From Minutocellus sp. GHC0000111 (lineage: Eukaryota), in contig OZ361257.1 of assembly GCA_977018835.1 (NCBI GenBank), positions 372,001-436,000 of the forward strand: a stretch of DNA of 64,000 nt, given 5' to 3'. Shown piece by piece: positions 36,054 through 46,724 of the stretch. A program made the translations under genes and the position numbers. Each line of letters opens with the position of its first letter. Positions within the stretch are counted from its first letter, which is position 1. Below the pieces are notes generated by a model, which saw only the letters and a list, made by a program, of their open reading frames with translations, had not been told where the DNA came from and did not search any database.

Positions 36054-37192
36054 CTTGGAAGGACTCTAGAAGAGCACACGTGCGTGAGTAGAAAAGGTTG
36101 CGAGTTGCGAGCTTGGCTGCTGCTGCTGCTGCGCCGGTGTTCTGCTGGCGCGCGCCGGCGCCATGGCGCTCTCTCGAAAAAGATTCACTTATTAGCATTC
36201 GCAATATTACAGAAAGTCGACTACTTATGCCCTTATACCATTGGTACACAAATCCCAGTCTTCTCGAGGTCTTCCCACAAATTCTCGAGATCTTCCCAAT
36301 AATCTGCCATCATGACGTGACAGACGAAGCACACTAATGCAATTTCTGCCTGATTCATTCGCGTTGGGTTGGACACTGGAACCAGACACTTATTGACTGC
36401 ATATCGCGAAGAAACTCCACACCCGTACCTTGCTCATTCTTCTCCCCATTGCTCAACAACCGATTAGTCTCATCGATCCGCCAAGAAGTGACGGGCACAG
36501 CGGCAATACTATTCTACTTAGATCCCAAGCAGGACATCGGCACATCGGCACATCGGCAAGAAGGCTTTCCGAGACCGAAGACATCGATCCAACGCACAGA
36601 AGAACTTTTGAGTCATCATGGGCACGTGTCAATCCAGACGCGGTACAACACCAGCCGACAGCATTCACGTCATGCTCGGCGTGAAGAATGTCGAGGAGCT
36701 CAAGCAAATGTACGGCCAAGAAGACGAGTACGGTGCGATCGAAACCTCCTTTCGTCCCTCCTCTCTTGGTCAGCTTCTTGACAACTTCGAAGAAAAAGAC
36801 GTCGAGCACCGAAGGGCATGGAACAAGAGGGGGACAATGGAAACATCAGTATGGTCTCTGGAATCGGAGGAAGTGGAAGAAGGACATGATAATACCAGTA
36901 GCATGCCCAGAGGCCTTGTCGATAAGGTCAATTGCTCTTCACGGAGTTACACAGCTCTCGTCGGGCCCAAACCAGCACTTTCTCAGGGTAGCCTGGCGGC
37001 ATGAATCAGCCTGAAAAGGGTGCATGGGACGCATCCACTTGTACGTAGAGGGGAAATATCCTTGCCAATGCAGCAGTTGGTAATGCAATGCACATGTAAA
37101 ACGTCGCTTCGATGCTATGTTGGATCGATCTACAATAAACTTTCAAAAATCTCACGATACTTTATTTAGAACATAAGCTCGCATCCAATTTA

Positions 37193-38119
37193 TCAGAGTC
37201 CAAATAGACGCCAATCTCCGTCCGAAAACGACGAAAAATTGCATAGTAGTTCTTCGCCTTTTTTGATGTCTCGTGTCGCAAAAAGTTGCATGCCGGCTTT
37301 TGCAATGAATTTTGCCGAGGCTACTTCATCGATATCAATGTTGCTGCCGTCGGAATATCCATTGTTGCAAAATGATCCCTCGTCCAAGTCACAATAAATC
37401 TTCTCATCCATTACATACGACCACTGCAAAATATCGCAACCCAATTCGCGAGGCAAAGTCATTACAAACTCTCGAAACTGCATCCCCTCGGAAAAGGCAG
37501 CTGATCTGATGTTGTGCCACACGAGCGAACCCTTTGGTATGTCGGTCTTTGCATATATCCCCCGACCGTGCCTATTGTGACCGATTTGATACGGTCTTGA
37601 AAATCCATTGTATCCCGATTGCGGTGGTCCGATGGTAGATTCTGCGCCAACTATGTCCACATACTTCCTTCTCATCCGCTTCCACGCATCTTGATTATGA
37701 ATGGTCTGCTCCGCCCTTTGGTAGTATTCACTGCACTGCAAATGTTTCTTCATTTTGCTTACTGTAAAGTCCGACCAAATCTTCTTCGCTGTGGTGCTTT
37801 CGGTGTTTGAATTTAGGTGGCCTCCTCTCAGTTGCGGCGATGAGGTGGTGGCCGCGGAGAAAGCAAAAGAAGCAGGATTGTCGTAGTCGACGAGGACGTA
37901 ATTGTCGGTATTCTGGACCTGCTCTGCACGCAGCAGCGAAAATAGAATCAGCGACGATAGCACATTGCTGGCGCAAACGGCACCTATGAGACGACTGGTG
38001 CTGGTGTTGACGCATATAAAGAGGCCGTTGCCTCCTTGAGAATTGTTGCCGAGCCAAGGGCTGCTGCCGGGGTCGGCGCCACAATTTCGGCTACTTGAGC
38101 GGCTGACCAATCCCGTCAC
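37193..38119 (-). CDS. SET-domain protein with N-terminal membrane anchor (start uncertain)
   Basis: HGRGIYAKTDIPKGSLVW, DEGSFCNNG, FATRDIKKGEELLCNF; hydrophobic segment near the N-terminus. No in-frame ATG upstream of the TM. Confidence 0.75.
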   Translation of the reverse strand: MTGLVSRSSSRNCGADPGSSPWLGNNSQGGNGLFICVNTSTSRLIGAVCASNVLSSLILFSLLRAEQVQNTDNYVLVDYDNPASFAFSAATTSSPQLRGGHLNSNTESTTAKKIWSDFTVSKMKKHLQCSEYYQRAEQTIHNQDAWKRMRRKYVDIVGAESTIGPPQSGYNGFSRPYQIGHNRHGRGIYAKTDIPKGSLVWHNIRSAAFSEGMQFREFVMTLPRELGCDILQWSYVMDEKIYCDLDEGSFCNNGYSDGSNIDIDEVASAKFIAKAGMQLFATRDIKKGEELLCNFSSFSDGDWRLFGL

Positions 38120-38398
38120 CTACTGCTGAATGCTACGTAGCTACGTAGTATATTTCCAACCAATAGAAAGCGCGGCGGCGTTGAACATGGAGTAATCATG
38201 TCCCCGAGCGGCGGCAGACCAATGCGTTGCTTTGTTGCTTTCTCGACGCGCGCCGCCGCCGCGACGCGATGTTCATCAATCCATCAGGCAAGAAGTACAG
38301 GTTACCAGTACATGACGAAGGCTGACTCATCGGCGATCCACACTGCTACTAGGCCTACGTAGTATGCTGTAATTCCTGCACCCTCTTTACTATGCAGT

Positions 38399-39025
38399 AT
38401 GTCAATCATGACTTTACCGCAGACTGCTTCCCTTCTCGCCCTCATTGTCGCCGCGACTGTGCTCATCAGTCCAGCAGAGGCATTCATTGGTGCCCTCCGA
38501 TCACAAGCCAAGGCAAAGTTGCTCGACGTGGTGAAGAGAGGAGGGTCCAATGACGATGTCCTAACCGCCCTGCAAGGCGTCGAACGGTTATCGTTCGGAG
38601 ACGCCAAGCTCTCCAGCCCCCTCCTTCCTGGGAACTGGCTCATGGTGTGGACAACATCCGATTCTATTGCTGGGAAGAGCCGTGCTCCGCTGTTTCAGAC
38701 GCCAACACCGCCCGAGCAGCTGATTGATATCGAGAATGGTCGGGCACTCAATGCCGAGAAGGTATTGGGAATCACCAACTCGGTCCAGGCTGATATCACA
38801 CCGGCCACCAAGAACAAAGTGAATGTGCAGTTCAAGAAGTTCAAGGTTGGACCAGTTGGATTCAATGCGCCGGAAAGCTTCAAGGGGGAGCTGTCTGTGA
38901 CGTACTTGGACGACGACATGAGAATATCGAGGGGAGACAAGGGCAACGCCTTCATTCTGCTGAGAGAATCCAACAGTCGGGATGTGGCCAACGAGGTATG
39001 GAAGGAATGGCGCAAGAGCTGGTAG
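38399..39025 (+). CDS. Plastid lipid-associated protein / fibrillin (PAP_fibrillin)
   Basis: Signal peptide ending AEAF; LSSPLLPGNWLMVWTTS, GELSVTYLDDDMRISRGDKGNAFIL. Confidence 0.88.
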   Translation: MSIMTLPQTASLLALIVAATVLISPAEAFIGALRSQAKAKLLDVVKRGGSNDDVLTALQGVERLSFGDAKLSSPLLPGNWLMVWTTSDSIAGKSRAPLFQTPTPPEQLIDIENGRALNAEKVLGITNSVQADITPATKNKVNVQFKKFKVGPVGFNAPESFKGELSVTYLDDDMRISRGDKGNAFILLRESNSRDVANEVWKEWRKSW

Positions 39026-39185
39026 AGGAAAAGTAAATATATTTTTCGTCTCAATAATACGATACTAGTATTGTAACATATTTGGCGCTTGTAAAAAGCA
39101 AGGAATATATCTGCACCGCGCTTCGTCTATCTACAAGAGGGCCATTTGACCTGAGTTGAGTCCCTCTTTCATCTATGGTCACATA

Positions 39186-40406
39186 TCATTTCCACTGATT
39201 GTAGCCCAAGTCGGCGGGCTCTCCAGTCGGTACATCCACCGAATATCGATCGTTTGGCGCGACGGAAGTTTTTCCAAATCTCAGACCCAAGCCGCTATCG
39301 ACCGTGAGCTTCATCAAATAGAGGAAAAGGGCCGTATCGAGAACCAAAAGCAGGAACCACGTAATGCTCTTGATGCCCAGCAGTCCAAAGACGGCAATAA
39401 TGACCACCATACAAAACACGATGCCGATAACATGGCCCAGCTTGAGACCTGCGGAGGAAAGTCCAGCCTCCTCCATCAACCGCTCTTTGTTCGACATGGT
39501 TCGTCGCTTCCGAATGATACCGAGAAGCACTCCAAATCCAAACAAACCCAAAACAGTCAAGAGCACCTTATCCGCTGTATTCCAGCCATTGTAAAATTCA
39601 AAACCAATATGTCCTACTTTCTGACAGTCCTGATCGCACTGTGCTCTGTATGCCCAAAGCGTCGAACACATGGGTGCGTTGGCATCGTCATCATCAGTCT
39701 GCTGCTGATAATTGTTGTATTGATCATCATCCGTAATGGCCGAGTCGCAAGCTTGGCAGCCCTTGAAGGGGATCGAGGGCAAGCCCGAAATGTCAATGTC
39801 CACTTCATCGCTTGTCAAGTCCGTATGCGGAATGGAACATCCGTAATCGGAGTACAACTTCACTGCCAACTTCTGCTTGTTGCCCTCATCACATCCGAGC
39901 TGGGCGTAGTACGAACCCTCCTCGAGGGCGATGCACTCCAAGTACTGGGCCGAATCCGGCGTCTGATAATTGTATCCACCCTCCAGGGCAAGCTGCTCCA
40001 AATACGATTCCATGTATGTGATGACGGAAACCGTAAAGGTATCGTCGGGTCTACCAGAGCAGTCGTTGGACCCGTTGGAGTATGTCGAGAAGACAATCAC
40101 GTCCTTGTTGTTGTACCTAACGCATCGGCGCGGCAGGACGGAGTAGTCGGACCAAAAACTTTTGTAGGAGTTGTCGCTTGCGGCCGCCGTCGGCTCGGCC
40201 GTGGGTGAAGACGTCGGTGCTTCGGTGTTGTAGTAGGCATCGTCGTCTCGTCTGTAATAATTGTCATAATTGTAGGCATCTTCGGCACAGACAACTGGGA
40301 GTAACGAGCTGGAAAAAGATGAAAATAGACCACTCGGGCTCGACAAAAGAATTGCCACAGCAACGGGAAGGATCCGTCTACCAGTACTAGCTGCTGATAG
40401 GACCAT
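39186..40406 (-). CDS. Diatom Cys-rich membrane protein, silicanin-like luminal domain plus about three C-terminal TM helices
   Basis: Signal peptide; Tyr/Asp/Asn/Gln-rich patches; Cys pattern PRRC...C...YLEC...YYAQLGC...KLYSDYGC...CQAC...MCSTLW..C...C. Confidence 0.55.
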   Translation of the reverse strand: MVLSAASTGRRILPVAVAILLSSPSGLFSSFSSSLLPVVCAEDAYNYDNYYRRDDDAYYNTEAPTSSPTAEPTAAASDNSYKSFWSDYSVLPRRCVRYNNKDVIVFSTYSNGSNDCSGRPDDTFTVSVITYMESYLEQLALEGGYNYQTPDSAQYLECIALEEGSYYAQLGCDEGNKQKLAVKLYSDYGCSIPHTDLTSDEVDIDISGLPSIPFKGCQACDSAITDDDQYNNYQQQTDDDDANAPMCSTLWAYRAQCDQDCQKVGHIGFEFYNGWNTADKVLLTVLGLFGFGVLLGIIRKRRTMSNKERLMEEAGLSSAGLKLGHVIGIVFCMVVIIAVFGLLGIKSITWFLLLVLDTALFLYLMKLTVDSGLGLRFGKTSVAPNDRYSVDVPTGEPADLGYNQWK

Positions 40407-40695
40407 GATTGTTTGGTTGGTTGATTCCAATAAATACTGTTCGGTTAGAATCGATTGCTGACTTGGGTGCTTCTGTGGTCGTATTGACGTTCGGTATGCG
40501 ATACCGTCGTGGTAGAATGAAGAAGTGTTGTTCTACTTTTGATTGGGTTGGACGGAGCAGATCGACCTGAACGATGTGCGTTGAAATATTCCGACCGGCA
40601 GAGACAGCAAAATTCTCTGCTGTTCAAGACCTCTGCCGCAAAATAGATTGCTTCCCAACTGAAAGGTGTAACTCCTCGAGGACTAAACAATACTC

Positions 40696-42438
40696 TCAAC
40701 CTCTCTTGACTCGACTCTTGATCGACTCTTGATCGACTCTCCGTCTCTCGCCTCTCTTTGCGGTTTTTCTTTTGTGGCTTTTGGCACAGATGCACGGACA
40801 GCTGCCGCGCTGACTTGTTGTGCTGCTTTCCATTGAATCGAACGAGTCCACAACATAAAACAGGTGATTGGTAGCATCTTCGGGTAGCCCCTCCTTGATC
40901 ACATCAGGGAGGTCAGCAAACGCTTTCGTAACTTTATTAATCATCTGAACAATCTTCTTTACTGCGGCAAGGAGAATATCATCCATTTTGGAAGCCAGCT
41001 CTATTGCCAACTTGATCTCATCTCCGTCTGCGATATCTTTCAGCGACACAAGAGACGACTGATTCAGCTTGGTGATGTTGCCAAGATGACCTTGAATCTC
41101 CTGACAGGTGGCAACGAGACTGACAGATCTTGATTTGGCTTCGTCACACAATCCGATAGCCTGGGCGACATGCCGCGCACACTCAGCGAGGGCGTCTTTC
41201 GCGTGAGCTAGAGCGCCCCATACCGCTCCTAGCTTTTCCGAGGCCGTCTTGAATAAGCGAATGAACCACTTGATCAGCTTGCCAACGGCATCGGCGAAAG
41301 ATCGAATCAGATCTGAAAGGCGCAGGCACCGCCAGATATCCTTGACAAGATCACGAATTTTGCCAATCATATTGCCCAACTGAAAGTTTTTGATGGCTTC
41401 TGACACTGCTGAAACATCCTCGGCGAAGACACGCACAGTGTCGAACATATCTTTGCACAGCTCACCCTTGCTCGTGAGGCCATCAAATGCCTTTCGACCC
41501 GACTTCATTGCCGTGAATAGGTTGACATCACGAACAGCTTCGATGGTCCGTTCTAGCTCCTCGATGTCGGTATCAATGTTGGGTAGCTCGGGATCGCCTT
41601 CTCGGCTTCCCTCCTCTTTGGCCTTGTCCATTCGTTTATCGACACGCTTCTCCAAAATATCAGGTAGCTCATCAATGCCAACCTCGATGGCGTCGATCAT
41701 CTTGACCGACTGGTCGACGCACTTGAGTGCCAGTTCGTCCATCTCCCCAGCAAGCTTCATGGCTGCCTTGATTTTGTCGCCGTCCATCAGATCTTGAATG
41801 GTCGCGAACGTCGACGCGTCGATTCCGCCCTCTCTTCCACCGAGATCATCCAAAGTCGATTTAATGTCGAGACCAAACTCAACCATATCACGTGCCTTGG
41901 CCACGGTTGAGTTACATAGTGTCGAAGTTTCTCTCGCGGCCTCATGACATTGTGACCCAGCTCGCTTTATCCCCTTGATGTTGAGGATGATGGGCTTGTC
42001 TACCTTGTCATCGATGAGCTCGATAGTGTCCTTGATGCTTTCCGATATCCGAGCCGAGAAGCGGCCAATGCGTTCGCCGACCATATTTGCGGGCGATGTA
42101 CTGGGGCTGGCTACGTAGCTGGGAACTGTGCGGTGTTGCGTGGAAGCAAGGGCGAGATGCGTTGTGGTCGGAATGTCGGTATCAATCACCTTACTACGTA
42201 GTAAGGAGTCACCTGAATTGCTATCTAGTCTAGAACTTAGTCGGGGCGAAAGACCTTGCTCCACGACAGACGCTTCTGTTACGTTTGAGAAGGAGGAACG
42301 GCGCAGTGTGGCGTGGAATTCGAATGCGTTGTGATCGGCATGTTCTTCTTCTCGAGCGAAGTCAACTCGCCCACTTTCATCTTGCGTTGGGTCTTGGCGG
42401 GGCGGGACGGGGGCATAAATATTACTAAGGGCCCACAT
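40696..42438 (-). CDS. Helical/coiled-coil protein with an internal duplication, apparently 3'-truncated near 40872
   Basis: Repeat DLMDGDKIKAAMKLAGEMDEL...LPDILE / DIADGDEIKLAIELASKMDDI...LPDVIK. The second repeat breaks off into non-protein-like sequence. Confidence 0.6.
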   Translation of the reverse strand: MWALSNIYAPVPPRQDPTQDESGRVDFAREEEHADHNAFEFHATLRRSSFSNVTEASVVEQGLSPRLSSRLDSNSGDSLLRSKVIDTDIPTTTHLALASTQHRTVPSYVASPSTSPANMVGERIGRFSARISESIKDTIELIDDKVDKPIILNIKGIKRAGSQCHEAARETSTLCNSTVAKARDMVEFGLDIKSTLDDLGGREGGIDASTFATIQDLMDGDKIKAAMKLAGEMDELALKCVDQSVKMIDAIEVGIDELPDILEKRVDKRMDKAKEEGSREGDPELPNIDTDIEELERTIEAVRDVNLFTAMKSGRKAFDGLTSKGELCKDMFDTVRVFAEDVSAVSEAIKNFQLGNMIGKIRDLVKDIWRCLRLSDLIRSFADAVGKLIKWFIRLFKTASEKLGAVWGALAHAKDALAECARHVAQAIGLCDEAKSRSVSLVATCQEIQGHLGNITKLNQSSLVSLKDIADGDEIKLAIELASKMDDILLAAVKKIVQMINKVTKAFADLPDVIKEGLPEDATNHLFYVVDSFDSMESSTTSQRGSCPCICAKSHKRKTAKRGERRRVDQESIKSRVKRG

Positions 42439-42504
42439 TGCAATATTTCCGATGCCAAACCAGCATAGCAGTCGGCATCGTCATCCCTCGTCTCTACGAC
42501 AGCC

Positions 42505-43491
42505 TTGGCCTTCATTGGCGGCGCTGTCACATGTTGTAGCGCCATCTCGTTAGCATCATTTTTCAAGAACAAACCAGCGAAGATATGGAAATTCCAACCA
42601 CAAGGAGGAACGTGGGGATTTGGTGTCAACCAACCAACTGCTGGTCCTCGATCTGTCGACAAGTTGCCTCGCGGTGAACATGACATACAGCTTTATTCTC
42701 TCGGCACTCCAAATGGCATGAAGGTGACATGCCTTCTGGAGGAGCTGCGTCTCCGCTATGGAATTGAGTACGATGCTTGGAGGGTCGGCATCGGTAGCCA
42801 AGAATTGGGCCAATTCACTACCGGATTTGTTTCGGTGAATCCAAATTCGAAGATCCCCGCCCTTCTCCTGTACGAAGGTAATGAACAAGAGGAACCGACC
42901 AGAGTATTTGAATCCGCAGCAATCATGATGTACTTGTGCGAAAAGTATGATAAGGACGGAGCATTCCTACCGCCTTCGGGTGATCAACGGAGGGCTGAAT
43001 GCCTTTCCTGGCTGTTTTGGGTGCAGGGGAGTGCACCATATCTTGGTGGAGGATTTGGTCACTTCTATCATTACGCCCTGGTCAAAATACGATATGCAAT
43101 CGATCGATACAGTATGGAGACGAAGAGACAGCTCGACGTGTTGGAGCGCCATCTGCCCGGTGAGTGTAAGCTTGGAGAAAAGGAAAGCTCTGTTGCTGGC
43201 GGCCCATATCTCTGCGGAGATCAGTTAACAATTGCCGATTTATGCGCTTATCCGTGGTACGGACGATTTGCGCAGGGGAAAATGTATGGTAATTCTGGCG
43301 ATTTCTTGAGGACAAAAGAGGACTATCCTCATGTTGTCGCTTGGGCTGATCGTTTGAAGAGTAGAGAAGGAGTTCGAAGGGGCTGCATGGTGAACCAATC
43401 GAAAGGAGACAAAGGCATTCCAACACTGAAGGAACGACACAGCTCGAAAGAGTTTGAGAGCTTAGAATGGATAGGCATTCGTAACAAGTAA
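42505..43491 (+). CDS. yghU: Nu-class glutathione S-transferase / disulfide oxidoreductase, YghU-like (start codon unclear)
   Basis: NQPTAGPR..LPRGEHDIQLYSLGTPNG, NPNSKIPAL, VFESAAI, GSAPYLGGGFGHFYHYA, YAIDRYSMETKRQLDVL. Confidence 0.88.
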   Translation: MAFIGGAVTCCSAISLASFFKNKPAKIWKFQPQGGTWGFGVNQPTAGPRSVDKLPRGEHDIQLYSLGTPNGMKVTCLLEELRLRYGIEYDAWRVGIGSQELGQFTTGFVSVNPNSKIPALLLYEGNEQEEPTRVFESAAIMMYLCEKYDKDGAFLPPSGDQRRAECLSWLFWVQGSAPYLGGGFGHFYHYALVKIRYAIDRYSMETKRQLDVLERHLPGECKLGEKESSVAGGPYLCGDQLTIADLCAYPWYGRFAQGKMYGNSGDFLRTKEDYPHVVAWADRLKSREGVRRGCMVNQSKGDKGIPTLKERHSSKEFESLEWIGIRNK

Positions 43492-43559
43492 CCACTGTAC
43501 ATGTACTGCTACGAGCTAGCTAGCTAGCGAGCTAGTAGTAGATTTCAGAGTAATTAAAA

Positions 43560-44939
43560 TCAAAAGTGCGCCGAGGAACGATTGGCACCGGCAGATCTAC
43601 CGGTACCTGGCCTCAACCTTACCTGAGCAACACTCATTGAACGCAGCGCAGCAGGACCTCCTCTTCCTCCCATTGCAGAGTATGCAGATGGAGGCAAGCT
43701 GGTTGTAGTGTTGCTTCTTTCACCGAGACGGTCACCACTGCGTCCATCTACAAGAAGCGCAGACTGAGAACGTTCGTGCACGAGCTTTCTCCAATCATCC
43801 TTCGAGAGCGTCCAATCTCCATCCTCGTCATGTGTCATCACAACCGAGTGGAGGATACCAATGATATCTTTTCGACGTCGTCGTATGCTCAAATCATTTG
43901 ATGCCAGCGCCTCGAGGAGCTTGTCCTGGGGTATATGTCCTGTATCATCATCGTCAATCTCATCAAAAATATCCATCAACTCGTCTTCCGTTATCTTTTC
44001 GCCGTCCGTCTTTCTTAGAATGTCAATGTGTTGGTTCCACTCGCTCAACTTGAGCCCAAAGATTGCCTGGCAGAAGGAGATGGAATGTACTTTGACGAAA
44101 TAAATAATTACCGACGCGCCGATTGCAAAAAGGAATCCCGCATTAAAGATGAGAGAGTATTGGCGCTTCGCCCGCGACGCGTAAAAGCCGACAAGTGACC
44201 CTATCCAGAAAGCTGTCGCTAAGCTCATCAATATGTAGAGCTTCCCATTGTTTGTTCTGTTTCCTCGAACCGCCATGCCAATGAACAATCCGATGTCGGT
44301 GGTGGTTCCTGTAAGGTGGGTAGTTCGAATCAGATTGGCAGAGTACATGCTACTGATTCCATTCTGGATGCCATTGGCCATAGCGGTAAAGTAGAACTCC
44401 CTTCTCGAGTTGAGAAGACCGGCGACAGTCCCCATGGTCATGAAAATGCTCGCAACTACAAAGGTCGGGCCATATCGGGGCCCAACGCTAAACGCGATGG
44501 CATACGGATTGAGCAAGCCCGAGATGCAGCTTCCAGCCATGACAGAGAATATCGTACCAGCAGCAAGAGCCAGCTTGTCCCAGTCACCTTCTCCCAAATT
44601 GATAGCTGATCCAGTATAGAGCCCGGTTACGCCAGCCACGCTTGATCGAATATCCCTGTCATTTGGATGGATGAATCCACTCAAGCAGACACCGTTGGTA
44701 TAACCAGCACTGCATGCAAGAGCCAGGCCTGTTATAAGCACGAAAGTGTATTCACGACGAGAGTGATCCTTCATAGTTCTTGGGGGTCTGGGTGCGCTTT
44801 CCTCCTCCTCCTCACCGACCGGATCCACAAAGAAGCCATCAGAAACGGCATCGCCGGCATCGGCAGCAGTCGGTGCCGCAAGCTCCTCGTCCTTCGTTGA
44901 CGACGGCACCATCTCTTGACTGTACGAGGTCGCGGACAT
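43560..44939 (-). CDS. DUF1275 (YoaK-family) membrane protein with C-terminal EF-hand pair
   Basis: SAGYTNG, VAGVTG, ANGIQNG, IRTTHLTGTTTDIG; EF loops DDDDTGHIPQDK and DEDGDWTLSKDD. Confidence 0.82.
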   Translation of the reverse strand: MSATSYSQEMVPSSTKDEELAAPTAADAGDAVSDGFFVDPVGEEEEESAPRPPRTMKDHSRREYTFVLITGLALACSAGYTNGVCLSGFIHPNDRDIRSSVAGVTGLYTGSAINLGEGDWDKLALAAGTIFSVMAGSCISGLLNPYAIAFSVGPRYGPTFVVASIFMTMGTVAGLLNSRREFYFTAMANGIQNGISSMYSANLIRTTHLTGTTTDIGLFIGMAVRGNRTNNGKLYILMSLATAFWIGSLVGFYASRAKRQYSLIFNAGFLFAIGASVIIYFVKVHSISFCQAIFGLKLSEWNQHIDILRKTDGEKITEDELMDIFDEIDDDDTGHIPQDKLLEALASNDLSIRRRRKDIIGILHSVVMTHDEDGDWTLSKDDWRKLVHERSQSALLVDGRSGDRLGERSNTTTSLPPSAYSAMGGRGGPAALRSMSVAQVRLRPGTGRSAGANRSSAHF

Positions 44940-45387
44940 TGAGCCGGCGATCTTCTTCTGGGTGAAGATGAGGGGAATGTAATCGTACTTGAAAGTCATG
45001 TCGGTGGCAGCTGGAATGCCGACACGGCAGTAGGTGCCGTCGAACTTGAGCATCGCTAGATAGGCGGCGACATCGGCATTGGCAGGGGAGGTATCGATAA
45101 TGACATCGAATGTTCCGGCCAGGGCGTTCATGGCATCGGCGTCACCGAGGCAACCCTCGTCCAGCGCCAAGGCTCTTGTGTCTCGCTTGGCCTCGCCCCG
45201 GCTCAGGGCGGTGACGTGGCCGCCGAAGAGCTTGGCAAAGCGAATGGCAGCAGTGCCCAGGCCTCCAATAGAGGCAATGCCAACGCGAGTGCCGGATGTG
45301 ACGTAGTCCACGACGGCCTCGAAGACGGTGCCTCCACCACAGATGAGGGGACAGGCAATCTCGGGAGGGAGATTATCGGGTAGCTTA
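44940..45387 (-). pseudogene. Internal fragment of a zinc-dependent (cinnamyl-type) alcohol dehydrogenase, in frame with the DUF1275 ATG
   Basis: KLPDNLPPEIACPLICGGGTVF, GIASIGGLG, FDVIIDT, LKFDGTYCRVGIP, KKIAGS. The N-terminal catalytic domain and the C-terminus are absent. Confidence 0.8.
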
Positions 45388-45431
45388 CGAGGTCCGGGAC
45401 AGCAATTTCGGGGACCCGATTTTTTGGGTCT

Positions 45432-46724
45432 TTGGACTTTCCGACACGGCGGTTTGCGCGCACCTTGAAAAACACGCGGCAAAGCAAGCAAATCAAAACA
45501 CATCCGTCAACAACCGACCTCCAAGAAATTACCACAAATAGACTGGGCAACTTCTGCCGACTGGCGCTTCAAGAAGCTTCCATACTCGTGGATACTCCAA
45601 AGGGACACATCTTCAGTCCACCGCGTCCACCGAAACGCGCCGAGGCGACTGCATTCAGCCCCTCGCGCCATGAGAAGGAAACTTCCAACGAAACGCCGGA
45701 ACATCCGCGGTATCGAGAGAACAAGGACAACGATGACGAGGAGGACAACCAAGGGGTCCCACCGGCATCGTCAGACCTCACATCTCCTCGTGTGTTGAAA
45801 TATCGACGCGAGTACAACGAAGAGGATGGCTTCGCCGCCGAACAAGCCCAAGCAAGGAAGTACTTGCATCATGACATATTGCGTGCCGACTTTCGCGGTA
45901 CCGCTACCGTTTCATCTCATTCTGATGAAGATGATTCATTCTCAGAGATGAGCATAGCAACCGCCGACGCAAAGCCAAGCGGCGAGAGGAGAAAGCCCGT
46001 GAGCTCATTCGACCTTCCCTCCGCCACGCCCATGGTAACAAGTCCAATGTCAGTTCATACTCAGTATGCTCTTACCCCAAGCCGCTCATGCCCGTCGTTC
46101 AGCAACCTTCAATTGTCATCCCCTACCATCTTGGAGCCCTTGCCTCCAACCGAACCAACCGAACGACAGATTGAACGAGAGGTTGAGGAACATCGGAGGC
46201 TTGCGTGCTTTTTGACGTACGGAGAAGCACCACTACCACAAGATATAAAGAACTACAAGTCACCCACATGTAGTCAGAGGCCCGAACCAAGAAGAAAAGA
46301 GAAAGGGGTCTACCTCCCCTTCAAACAAGTTCCTGGTTGGGGTAGCGAGGTCGCGGTCACCACAGTGCTAGGCATGATCGAAGTCGATCGCCAAGTAAGA
46401 GAGGGTCGTGGTGCCTACCCGAAAGGGTGGAGAAGCAGAGAACTCGGATTGTATGATAACAAGACAATAGAATTCTCTATTGCATTATCTACTGACAAGA
46501 TTGCATTAGATGCATATAAGTTGGGATATGAGGATGGGAGTAAACAACCAACTGCTCACCCTGCCCTCACTGACAATAAACTTGCCGATGCATATGGTGT
46601 GAAGCGCGGAAAGATTCGTCAGTCCCTCCACGCTGTGTGGCTTTCTAATGATCATAAGAAGGCCAAGGAGGCAAAAAAGAATACCGGTAGAAATAGAAGA
46701 ACAAAGAAGCCCACCGTGATATAA
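45432..46724 (+). CDS. Uncharacterised ORF inside the mariner-like element, convergent with the transposase
   Basis: 430-codon open frame with Ser/Pro-rich middle and basic C-terminus. No family recognised; first ATG only at about 45948. Confidence 0.5.
   Translation: MDFPTRRFARTLKNTRQSKQIKTHPSTTDLQEITTNRLGNFCRLALQEASILVDTPKGHIFSPPRPPKRAEATAFSPSRHEKETSNETPEHPRYRENKDNDDEEDNQGVPPASSDLTSPRVLKYRREYNEEDGFAAEQAQARKYLHHDILRADFRGTATVSSHSDEDDSFSEMSIATADAKPSGERRKPVSSFDLPSATPMVTSPMSVHTQYALTPSRSCPSFSNLQLSSPTILEPLPPTEPTERQIEREVEEHRRLACFLTYGEAPLPQDIKNYKSPTCSQRPEPRRKEKGVYLPFKQVPGWGSEVAVTTVLGMIEVDRQVREGRGAYPKGWRSRELGLYDNKTIEFSIALSTDKIALDAYKLGYEDGSKQPTAHPALTDNKLADAYGVKRGKIRQSLHAVWLSNDHKKAKEAKKNTGRNRRTKKPTVI

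Noticed and set aside
36430..37014. Possible gene from overlapping short plus-strand ORFs
   Set aside because: There is a coding-like patch but no consistent frame or recognisable family; at most a remnant.
39156..40208. Long antisense ORFs (this 350-aa one; also 21336-22145, 15572-16354, 33478-34272)
   Set aside because: They are shadows of real genes on the opposite strand and carry no motifs of their own.
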